Positions 54,331 through 64,000 of a stretch of 64,000 bases of DNA are shown piece by piece. The stretch's first letter is position 1, and each line of letters starts with the position of its first letter. Position numbers and translations under genes: made by a program. The stretch comes from Eledone cirrhosa (Eukaryota). The notes under the pieces are model-generated. The model was given only the letters and a program-made list of their open reading frames with translations, had not been told where the DNA came from and did no database searches. The DNA lies in NCBI GenBank assembly GCA_964016885.1, contig OZ024744.1:66960001-67024000 (forward strand). The letters run 5' to 3'.

Positions 54331-54659
54331 GACAAAAATGACCAGATTTTTTCAATGTATGGAAGACAAAAATTCGAATTTAATAAGCGTTATGAAAAGT
54401 ATGAATCAGAAACTATAGTGTATATAAAAAATAAATGTTTGCATTAGCTCTCCGGTGGCCTAGCAAATAAAATACATATAGATTCGGTGATTTTCGATTT
54501 TTTTTAATAACATTTCCGAGTACAAGCCGGATACACACACAATATCCCGTTTAGAAAAAAATACTGCACGGCAGAGTTTAGTTCCTCTGTGTTCCGACCT
54601 GGTGTACGTATGTGTGTATGCTATATGTAACCAATGAAATTAAATACAAACACTAAAGT

Positions 54660-54922
54660 CTAAAGTCTGCCTTAAGTCAGAAGGCTCATTTGGCCGGTGC
54701 TTATCCCGGTTTCATGGCATGACACGACTGAGAGTACAAAACTCCCCCCCCCCCCCTGGAGGGATAAACCCCCAGCTATTGCTGGTATTCATTTTCAGTT
54801 GAGTATACTGGAACAACGTGAAATGAAGTGTTTTGCTCAAGGACACAACAGGCAACCCAGGAATCGAACCCACGACATTATGATCGTGTGTCCAACACTC
54901 TTACCACTAGGTCACGTACCTT
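54660..54922 (-). mobile_element. SINE family 2
   Basis: TTTTGCTCAAGGACACAAC..GGAATCGAACCC..TTACCACTAGGTCACG. Confidence 0.72.
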
Positions 54923-55085
54923 CACAATTTGAACACTACGTAGTTTTAAATATATAAGGAAGTTGAGAAGCTGTGATTAAACAAACTGACTTCCAGGAAA
55001 CGAACCTTAAATATTATAAATGAAAATAAATTTAGTAAATCCCACCAAATTCTTAATGAATTAATTAAAATACTAACGAATAAGA

Positions 55086-55722
55086 TAATTGTTTCTACTT
55101 TTGGCACAAGGGAAGCAATTATCCCAGTGTATTACTGGTTCTTTATTTTATCGACCCTGTAAGGATGAAAGGCAAAGTTAACCTCGGCAGGATTGGAACT
55201 CAGAACCTAAAGGGCCATAACACTATGCTGCAAAGCATAGTGTCTGATGCTCTACCGATTCTGCCAATCTACCGCCATTATAGATAAGATAATGATTTCT
55301 TATATAGACACAAGGCCAGTCAATTTTTTTTGGAGGCGGGGGGGGGGGATTAAATCGATCCCAGTACGTTACTGGTTCTTTATTTCATCGACCCCGCAAA
55401 GATGAAAGGCAAAGTTAATCTCAGCGGAATTTGAACTCAGACCGTAAAAGTCTGTAACTCTCTGCTGCAAAGCATGGTGTCTGACGCTCTACCGATACTA
55501 CCAATCCATCGCCATTATAGATAAGATAATGAAAGGTTCAATGATCTGCATAGATGACTTTTGAGTTTGAAGGGGGTGAGGATTAATTAAAAATACTAAT
55601 GACAGATTAGATGAAGAGGCGAAACACGAGAGTTAAGGCGTCGAATTGGCAGAGTTGTTAGAACATCGGCTCGTCTGCTTTGCAGTATTCGTTCCGACTC
55701 TCTGCTCTCTGAGTTCAAATCC
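55086..55722. mobile_element. SINE family 1 cluster: 55086-55277 (-), 55289-55513 (-), 55637-55722 (+, head only)
   Basis: Family 1 consensus. Confidence 0.8.
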
Positions 55723-56050
55723 TGTTACTTATTATATCTGTGGCCATACTGGTGCAATCTATTTCAATCTGTTACTATATCTATGGTCATACTGGAGATC
55801 CGACTTGGGGATCCAGCCGGATCAGTTGGAAATAGTTGCTTCTGACAGGACACGTTTTCACAGTTCTTCCACATTTCGGATAAGTACCAGGCAGACAAGA
55901 AGAGGTTGTTTGGAGGGAAAACACCCACTTCTAATGGCAATCCAACGGAAGATTTTTAAATTTTGAAGCAGCGACAATATCATTCTTAAAATGAAGAAGA
56001 AGAAGAAGAAGAAGAAGAAGAAGAAGAAGAAGAAGAAGAAGAAGAAGAAG
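55722..56050 (+). mobile_element. Composite: inverted minisatellite units, RTE 3' fragment, retroposon 3' end with (GAA)n
   Basis: 55722-55795 matches the 43-bp unit (reverse); CTTGGGGATCCAGCCGGATCA matches 36851; 55855-55992 matches 10300-10460. Confidence 0.65.
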
Positions 56051-56055
56051 ATATA

Positions 56056-56440
56056 CTCTTGGGTCACAAATAACAAGGGAGGAGTGAAATAAGCGAGTGG
56101 GGGATAAGCAGGGGATGTGAAATATGATGGGGGGGGGGGGGGCGTAAATTTTTCTAGGTTGTCTCTGTTGATTTTTTTAAAAAGCCAAAATTAGTCATTT
56201 AGTTTACATATTGAAACCCCAACTCCTCCTATTTATTTTATAACATACAAGATTTCTAGTAATGTACTTTTTTTGTCATGTATAATGTTTTTTATATCCA
56301 AAGAAAATTAATGCTACCACTTAAAATAAAATTTAACCGAAGATAGAACATTTAATGAGCAGGAATGAAGGGTGGAAGGGAAAAAATGTGAAAAATTAGT
56401 AAGCGGAGTGGGTGGGGGGCGATTATTCGAGACCCGAGAG
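56056..56440. mobile_element. MITE with TA TSD (Tc1/mariner-like)
   Basis: TA|CTCTTGGGTCACAAATAA ... TTATTCGAGACCCGAGAG|TA. Confidence 0.62.
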
Positions 56441-56487
56441 TACATCAATACAAGAATTATTCTTTTAATATTTTCTACTGGACATTA

Positions 56488-56815
56488 AGCAGCGAATTGG
56501 CAGAGTCGTTAGAACGCCAGATAGAATACTTTTATGGTATTTGTTCTGGATCTCTGTTCTCTGAGTTCAAATCCCACCAAGGTCAATTTTGTCTTTCATC
56601 CTTTCATGGTCGATAAAAAAAGTACCAGTCTAGTATTGGGGTCGATTCTTCCTCTATATCTCTTTCTCATTTCCCCTTTCTGTCTTCCTCTGGAAGAAAT
56701 CTGCTGTACTCAGGGCTGGAGAGGAATGGGCTCCACCAGGCTTACAGACCCAAGAAACACCGTTTATCAATACGGAGCCCCTACGACTCTATCATGGGTT
56801 ACGGGACCATACATA
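56488..56815 (+). mobile_element. SINE family 1, long-tail subfamily
   Basis: Matches 8345-8730 in reverse. Confidence 0.75.
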
Positions 56816-57024
56816 TATACGTACTGGGCATCAACTGACTTAACAAGCCTGGACAACTTGTTAAGTCAGTATTTAATATACACCACACGATTTTACACAG
56901 AAAGATTATTTATCTCGAATGCAAGGAGACAGGGACCTTCTACACACACATATATATATATATTCTAAAGTGAAATGACAGCAGGCCAAATATGTTGAAT
57001 TTCCTTAATTTTTTATTACCGAAA

Positions 57025-57082
57025 ACACTATGCACATTTCAGTGGTCAGGTTGCGTAAGAACCCGGTGATCTCCTCAGGTGT
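57025..57082 (-). ncRNA. Type I hammerhead (family T) in a ~250-nt unit between (TA)n tracts
   Basis: ACAC CUGAGGA GAUCA CCGGGUU..AACC UGACCACU GAAAU GUGC AUA GUGU; stem II base imperfect. Confidence 0.65.
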
Positions 57083-57366
57083 ACATTGTGTAATAAATGC
57101 ATACCAACGGAATGATGGTAAGCTTTAAGGAAACAAGCAGAGAAAAGGTGTGTGCTATATTTTTTATCCAGAAAAGGACGTAGTAGCATGCTGCCACATT
57201 GCCCGCCTGCCTATAAATATATATATATATATATATAAGGGTTGTCTCCCTTGCCGAACCCCACGTGGGGTCAGTAACAGTCATTCCTTATGTTAGCATT
57301 GAACTAAAACCTGTTGAAAAACCGGCTTCCTTGATCAATCATCTTACCAGAAGCCTAACATTATTT

Positions 57367-57540
57367 ATCGGTAGAGGGTCGGACGCCATGCTTTGATGCA
57401 TAGAGTTACGGCCCTTGCTATTCTGAGTTCAAATCCCGCCGAGGTTAACTTTGCCTTTCATCCTTACGGGGTCGATAAAATAAAGTACCAGTAATGTACT
57501 GGGTAATTTCTGGCCTTGTGCCAATAGTAGAAACAATTAT
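57367..57540 (+). mobile_element. SINE family 1
   Basis: Family 1 consensus. Confidence 0.85.
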
Positions 57541-57861
57541 TTATGTAAGCAGACAGTACTTGATTTAGGAGTCGCAGAAACCCAAATGCTGGATTTTACC
57601 AACCATCCAGGGGTCCGGGTAAATTTTCAATCACATATATTTGTATTTGTTTGACCCGAATTACTTGGTCGTTTTTTTGGCTGTGCGGATGATCGTTTAA
57701 CCATCGTCTCAGTGTGTTTGGCCTTTAACGTATGTTGTAGCTCTGGTTCATCTGAATCATTGAGCACTTGCCGCACATCTCGGAGATTGTTTTTCGTTAT
57801 TTCATAGGCCGAAATACGATTCTCGATAATTTATATTTGTATATATATATATATATATATT

Positions 57862-57916
<55 letters not shown>

Positions 57917-58100
57917 TAAATTATTTACTGTAGGATTTTAAAATTAAAAATAGAAATAGTAATTGTAAGAGAAAGCAATACAGGTAAGTATAAAACAAGA
58001 ACAAAACAAAACAATACAAAAACAAATTTATAAAGTAGTGTTATCTGACGTCTAGGGTATATTTTGAAAATTTGAAGTCAACAAAGATCTTTGTATGTTT

Positions 58101-58497
58101 GGATTGGCAGTATTGGTACAGCGTCGGACAGCATGCTTTGCGGCATTTAGTTGCAACCCTTTACGTTCTGAGTTCAAATCCCGCCGAGGTTAACTTTGCC
58201 TTTCATCTTTACGGGGTCGATAAAATAAAGTACCAGTAACGTATTGGGGTCGATTTAATCAACTTACCCTTCCCCCAAAAAATTGTTGGTCTTGTGCCTA
58301 AATCAGAAACCATTATTGGCAGTATCGGTAGAGGGTCGGACGCCATGCTTTGCAGCACAGTTACGTCCCTTTACGGACTGAGTTCAAATCCCGCCGAGGT
58401 TAACTTTGCCTTTTATCCTTACGGGGTCGATAAAATAAAGTACCAGTAATACACTGGGATAATTGCTGGCCTTGTGCCAAAAAGTAGAAACAATTAT
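58101..58497 (+). mobile_element. Two tandem SINE family 1 copies (58101-58316, 58317-58497)
   Basis: Family 1 consensus. Confidence 0.85.
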
Positions 58498-58744
58498 TAT
58501 TTATCTGTCCTAATAGTTCAGGACTAACTATCTTTTTAACATATGGTGCTGGGGCCTTTCCGGAAGTATAAGGGTCAGTGATGTCATGGCGCTGGAGGGC
58601 TTTGCCGGAAGCAGAAAGATGATTGACCTCACGTAAGGGGAAATAGCACCAGCGTGGGGTCGCTCTATTACTTGTCGGACAGTCGGAAAGACAGGTCACG
58701 CGTGTTCTTGCCGCGGGTGCTCGGGTTAAATGCCTATAGGTTTC

Positions 58745-59092
58745 TGGCCAGAGGTTTTGGAAAGTAGGACACTCACAGATATACACTATTGTGATCAGAG
58801 GTTTTGGTATACTCTTTTCTAGCCAGAGATTTTTGCAGGTAGGGCACTCATGGATATACCCTATTCTGGCCAGAGGTTTTAGGAGGCAGGGCACTCCCAG
58901 ATATACCATATTGTGGCCAGAGGTTTTGGCAGGTAGGGCACTCACGGATATACCCTTTTCTGACCAGAGGTTTTGGTAGGTAGGGCACTCACAGTTATAC
59001 TCTTTTCTGGCTAGAGGTTTTGTTGGGAAGGGGGTAGGGCACACACGGCCAGAGGTTTTGGCGTGTAGGACACATAGATATACCACATTGTG
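58745..59092 (+). repeat. Minisatellite, ~47-bp unit, about 7 copies
   Basis: CTGGCCAGAGGTTTTGGCAGGTAGGGCACTCACGGATATACCCTTTT-like units at 58866, 58913, 58960. Confidence 0.85.
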
Positions 59093-59160
59093 GACAAAAT
59101 CAACCAGGTAGACATACTACGAGGTAGTTGAGTTACGCTTCACCCTTACCCCCCTTAATA

Positions 59161-59376
59161 ATAATTGTTTCTACTTTAGGCACAAGGACAGAAAATTGTG
59201 GGGAGGGGAAAGTCGAATAAATCAACCCAGTGCATTACTGGCACTTTATTTTATCGACCCCGTAAGGATGAAAGGCAGAAAACTAACTTCGGCGGAATTT
59301 GAACTCAGAACGCAAAGGGCCGTAACTCTCTGCCACAAAGCAGGGTTTCCGACGCTCACCGATTCTGCTAAATCCA
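59161..59376 (-). mobile_element. SINE family 1
   Basis: Family 1 consensus, reverse. Confidence 0.8.
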
Positions 59377-59959
59377 CTTAGAATATATTATAAGATTATA
59401 ATAAGAAACTGATTCGGAGTTTTGTGTACTCTTTTTTTTTTCTTTTGCTATAGATTCGCCATCTTATTGTTTTCAAGAAAGCCGCCAAATACAAAACAAA
59501 TGCTATGATCTCAGACGATTGGGAGGAGAATGGAAACACAACAATAGATGTTATTGAATAACAAAAGTACTAAGCTCAAAATAGGAACTATAGATTGTCA
59601 TGCTAAGATGATGGGTAATAAGACTCCCTACATGACCAATACATGACAACAAGACTAAACAATAAAGAATAAGCGGATAAAGACAATTCGAAGCAACATT
59701 GGATGAGAAAAACCAAAACACAAAGCTGTGAAACCGAAGGATTTTCGATTGCGGTAAACACCAAATCCTTCTACCATACAAGAGACTACTACCATTTATA
59801 CACACACACACATGCACATGCACATACATAAATGCTAACATGCCCACCCCATATTCGCGCGCGCACACACACACACACATATATATATACATATATATAC
59901 ATATATACGTATTCATACATATAGACACAGAGTGAGACAGACAAAGACATACACAAACT

Positions 59960-59995
<36 letters not shown>

Positions 59996-60027
59996 CATAT
60001 ATATATATGCATTATATATACATATAT

Positions 60028-60084
<57 letters not shown>

Positions 60085-60169
60085 CACATAAATGCAGAAA
60101 ATAAAACGTAACCACAGAATAGGCTGAGGTTGAAAAGAATCAATCAATCACATTGTTTTTGGCTGCCTA

Positions 60170-60530
60170 GTCTTAACAGAAATAGAATACATCTGTAGGC
60201 ATGACAGAGATAGCTTTCTTACGCAGGAAATTATACTAGTATTATGAAATACCAATGGAAAGGAAGATATGGTATAATTATGCGGTAGAAAAGTTCTCAC
60301 TCAGAGAAATGACAGTGACCACACTCTGGGATATGGCAATTCACATAGATAAGGAGATTAAGGCATATCGACCGCCGGATACTGTTGTCAAGAAATCTGC
60401 AAAGTAAATGCCTTTCTGATCGATGTGCCACTACCAACAGACAATAATGTATCACTTAAAAAGGAAAGGAGAAAAATTATCCAAATTTAAAGAACTGAAA
60501 TAGAGATATACAGAATGAGGGGACAGGGAG
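60170..60530 (+). mobile_element. Decayed R4/Dong-like restriction-like endonuclease fragment
   Basis: TLWDMAIHIDKEIKAYRPPD..LIDVPLPTDNNV..KLSKFKEL. Confidence 0.65.
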
Positions 60531-60580
60531 CAAAGAACAAAGATTAAAAAAAAAAAAAAAAAAAAAAAACAATCTCCATA

Positions 60581-60966
60581 ATAATTGTTTCTATTTTTGG
60601 CACATGGCCAGCAATTTCCCCTGTGCATTACTGGTACTTTATTTTATCGAGTCTGTAAGGATGAAAGACAAAGTTAATCTCGGCGGGATTTGAACTCTTA
60701 ATGTAAAGGGACGTAACTATATGCCACCAAGCATATTGTCTGACGCTCTACCGATACTGCTGCAATCCCAGGTAATAATTGTTTCGACTTTTGGCACAAG
60801 GCCAGCAATTGCCCTAGTACATTACTGGTGCTTTATTTTATCGACCCCGTAAGGATGAAAGGCAAAGTTAACCTCGACGGGATTTGAACTTAGACCATAA
60901 AGGGGCGTAATTCTATGCTTCAAAGCATGGCGTCCGACCTTCTGCCGATACTGCCAATCCACCGCC
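60581..60966 (-). mobile_element. Two tandem SINE family 1 copies (60581-60760, 60775-60966)
   Basis: Family 1 consensus, reverse. Confidence 0.85.
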
Positions 60967-61044
60967 CTATACTACCAAACCATAATAATAAAGGCCTCCA
61001 TGAATGCATAGATTATGTAGATTAATCCTATAATAGAAACATCG

Positions 61045-61222
61045 ACAGTCGATCGATTTTGGTCAAATCGGACCAAGGAAACGATGTTTCCATTGGTCTT
61101 TCTAATTGCTAATACTCTATATTGGTCGCAATTCCAGGTAGAAGGAGCAACGTGAAATAAAGTGTCTTGCCTAAGGACACAACGCATCGCTCGGTACGGG
61201 AATCTAACTCACAACCTCACGT
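61045..61222 (-). mobile_element. SINE family 2 (partial)
   Basis: GGAGCAACGTGAAATAAAGTGTCTTGCCTAAGGACACAACGC; inverted relative to 61619-61870. Confidence 0.7.
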
Positions 61223-61372
61223 CTTCACTAATAGAAACATATATTGGAGATATAAGGTAAATGGGCCATTTGGAATAGTTCTGCGATTTTTTAGGAAAAG
61301 GACCTACTTTCTCAGTTCGGAGCAAATAAATGGCCCTTTGGTAAATAATTACCTAGTTTAAAACATATTTAA

Positions 61373-61597
61373 CCCTTTACCATTATTTACATTACTCTAT
61401 ATTTACTATTATGTTTTCACAGTTAAACACTTTACCTCACATAATTATCTAACAAAATATCGAATCTATGAGATTTTGATATTATTTATTTTGAGAACAA
61501 TACCTTAACATCAATATGAGTGGCTGCTTAAAACCGGTTTGAACAGAAAGAGGTTAGAGAATTCTGGCCGGATATGGCCGGTTTAAATGCTAAACGG
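61373..61597. mobile_element. piggyBac-type MITE with TTAA TSD
   Basis: TTAA|CCCTTTACCATT ... AATGCTAAACGG|TTAA. Confidence 0.7.
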
Positions 61598-61618
61598 TTA
61601 AAATACACGTACATCGTG

Positions 61619-61870
61619 TAGGCGCGTTGCTTAGTGGTTAGAGTTTTTGGGATTCGAAATTGTGAGGTTGCAAGTTCAATTCTCGGACCGGGTGATGCGT
61701 TATGTCCTTGAGCAAGACGTTTTATTTCACGTTGCTCCTTTACCTGGATTTGCCACCAGTAGATAATATCAGCAATGGAAACACCGATGAAAATAATGGT
61801 CCGATTTGACGAGGTCCACCCCACTCGGCAAGCGAATGAGTTCTGGGATCTTGTCGATCGATCAGAACGA
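61619..61870 (+). mobile_element. SINE family 2
   Basis: GGCGCGTTGCTTAGTGGTTAGA..AGTTCAATTC..GTCCTTGAGCAAGAC. Confidence 0.75.
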
Positions 61871-62214
61871 AAATATATAAATCGTTCCAATTCTTTTATT
61901 CTGTTCTCTTATAAGTATATAATGGACCAGTGTTATAAAATACCAACAGAAAATATAGACCAGAAAAAGGTCCCAAACAACCATATTCTGGACCATATCA
62001 ATCAACACAGAAAGAAGATGATTTATTTAGATTATTTTTAGAATCTGAAAAGAGACATAAGAAGAATGAGAGGACTGGAAACAGAAACTATCCTTATAAC
62101 AATAATAGGTATCTATTATTGTTATAAAGATAGATTGCCGCCACGTTATTAATAACTTATTCGCTCATAAACCATCAAGGTACACATTTGTCGATTTGCT
62201 AGAAATATTCTGCC

Positions 62215-62347
62215 TAGTGCCGGATTTAGGACAAATGAGGCCCTACGTTAGTTTAGTTATTTTGGCAGGAAGATGGACCCCCCACCACCCTGGCCAACGG
62301 GACCCTGTGCTTAAGCGCACCTAAGCACAATGGTAAATCCGGCACTG
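62215..62347. mobile_element. hAT-type MITE
   Basis: TIR AGTGCCGGATTTA / TAAATCCGGCACT; flanks ATTCTGCC / TTTCCGCC (6/8 TSD match). Confidence 0.7.
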
Positions 62348-62519
62348 TTTCCGCCAGACATTTAATGGATAAAAATGTTATGATGTTTCTTAAATCTTTG
62401 CAATTACTCTTCGCTTTAAAGACACTCGCGTTTCAATTTAAGTTTGTTTTTTATAGTACAACCTAACCTGCTTTATTAACATGTTATCTTACAAATTACT
62501 TATCTAACAATTAATTAGC

Positions 62520-62880
62520 TTAGTCATTAGAACGTCGGCTTTGCGGTATTGATTTCGGCGGCTCTCTGCACTCAGAGTTCAAATCCCACCGAAGTCAACT
62601 TTGCCTTTCATCATTTAGAGGTTGATGGAAATAGTACCAGTTTAATACTAGAGTAATTTTTACCTCTATATCTGTTTCTCACTTCATCCTTCTATCACTC
62701 TCTCTCTATCTCTCTATCTCCACCACCCCCTCTCTCTCTCTCCTTCTCTGGAAGAAAAGAAATCGGCTGTGCTCAGGCTTGGGGAGGAGATAGGTTCTGC
62801 CAGGTTTAAAAGTGCTTAAGAAACGATGTATGACATTACGGTGCCACTACAACTCCACCAAAAGTTATGGGTTCATACAT
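62520..62880 (+). mobile_element. SINE family 1, long-tail subfamily, diverged
   Basis: GAGTTCAAATCCC..AACTTTGCCTTTCATC plus tail shared with 56660-56815. Confidence 0.65.
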
Positions 62881-63300
62881 ACAATAACTTACTTAGATAT
62901 TGTCGAAACCATTCAACAAACATTCGATTAAGCACAGTATTTTTGTCAACTTCCAAAGTTTTTTAATGTTCATTTGCTTCTTAAATTAATTTTCTATAAA
63001 TAGAATTTAATTTAATTTAATTTTCTATAAATTTTTTAATCATAGAGAGTTGATAAACCAAAGCCATATGTCTCACACTGCATCCTTACTGAAAAACTGC
63101 GATCCAGTTCTCTTAATATGTCTGCCTTTTCTACATCTATATGTATTGTGTCTGTGCTTTACCACCACACTGATTAGATAACATCTATGAGCTTGGTTGG
63201 TCTCGCTTGGTGATCAAGCCGGATCGACTGAAGTCGATTACTTCTCATAATACACTCTGGAAAGTGTCACTGAAGCTGCAGCAACCACCATTATCAAAAT

Positions 63301-63370
63301 CAGGCATGGTCAATCTTTTTCAAGCTGTGGGCCGCTTATGATGTAGCTCATCATATGGCAGGCCGCACTA
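63301..63370 (+). mobile_element. Possible hAT-Charlie MITE left end
   Basis: CAGGCATGGTCAATCTTTTT..GGGCCGC..GGCCGCAC; no right end found. Confidence 0.35.
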
Positions 63371-64000
63371 CCAAAATATCCAAGACAATTTTGAAATTAG
63401 GAGTACTATTTAAAAAGCTAAACTGGTCCCAGTTTGCTTATTACTGATCTAACTAGGCGATCCATTGTTTCAGTATTTCTGTCACAGTACCTGCATTTTG
63501 AATCATTTCTTTTTCCAATACGTATACCTGATAATTTTTTATGACAAGGCATTGGTTTTGTGCAAGCATGCGCCTGTGTGCTGGCTGATTTGGTGAGGAG
63601 AAGGGCACCCTCCTCTGGTGCTCTTGGAGCGTCGGGTGGTTTAGGATTGGTGGGGCTCCAAAGTCACCCCACGGTGGTCCTCTCTTCTATTGGAGTTATT
63701 TATTATGTATTCGAATTTTCTGTAAGCCCCGACTTCCTTGCGGCCAATCAAAAATATCATTATTATTAATCATTTATTATTTTTATAAAAGAAAGTTTTT
63801 TCTTCATCTCCTTTCTTTGGCAGGACTGCAGTCTTGAATAATGTATAAATTGAGAATGAGAGCTTGGTGTCTAGAGATTTTCCATGCGCTTACCATACCC
63901 CACTCTCTAAATAGAGAAGTCTTAAGTATAATTGCCTTTGCATTCAATAGAGGGTTAGTGGTTGACATATGCGACGATTGCTTCGAAGTTATACTGTTCA

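Noticed and set aside
56835-56872. 14-bp hairpin ACTGACTTAACAAG/CTTGTTAAGTCAGT
   Set aside because: Possibly a tiny fold-back remnant, but too short to assign and no HHR core.

Overview
Eukaryotic, AT-rich, microsatellite-dense DNA made almost entirely of transposable elements. No host gene exon was recognised. The SINE families look like those of octopus/coleoid cephalopods, which is inference only. The window holds decayed LINEs (Tx1/L1, several RTE, an R4/Dong-like element sitting in (TATG)n, CRE-like), four Penelope-like element (PLE) coding remnants, a full-length but frameshifted Helitron, hAT/Tc1-mariner/piggyBac MITEs and many tRNA-derived SINE copies. The main unexplained signal is about 28 type I hammerhead-ribozyme (HHR) motifs from about 17 unrelated sequence families, read by eye as stem I-CUGANGA-stem II-GAAA-stem III-NUH-stem I. 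They lie in short non-coding units inserted mostly in or beside (TA)n or other dinucleotide tracts. These units are either head-to-head palindromes with 3' ends pointing outward, or 1.1-1.4-mer direct repeats of 340-650 nt monomers (retrozyme/pLTR-like). Several have palindromic stem III, long stem II inserts, covarying stems or recurrent non-canonical cores (CAGANGA). PLE-associated HHRs and retrozymes are known classes. The density, diversity and variants here are what merit follow-up. All structures are hand-folded and untested.
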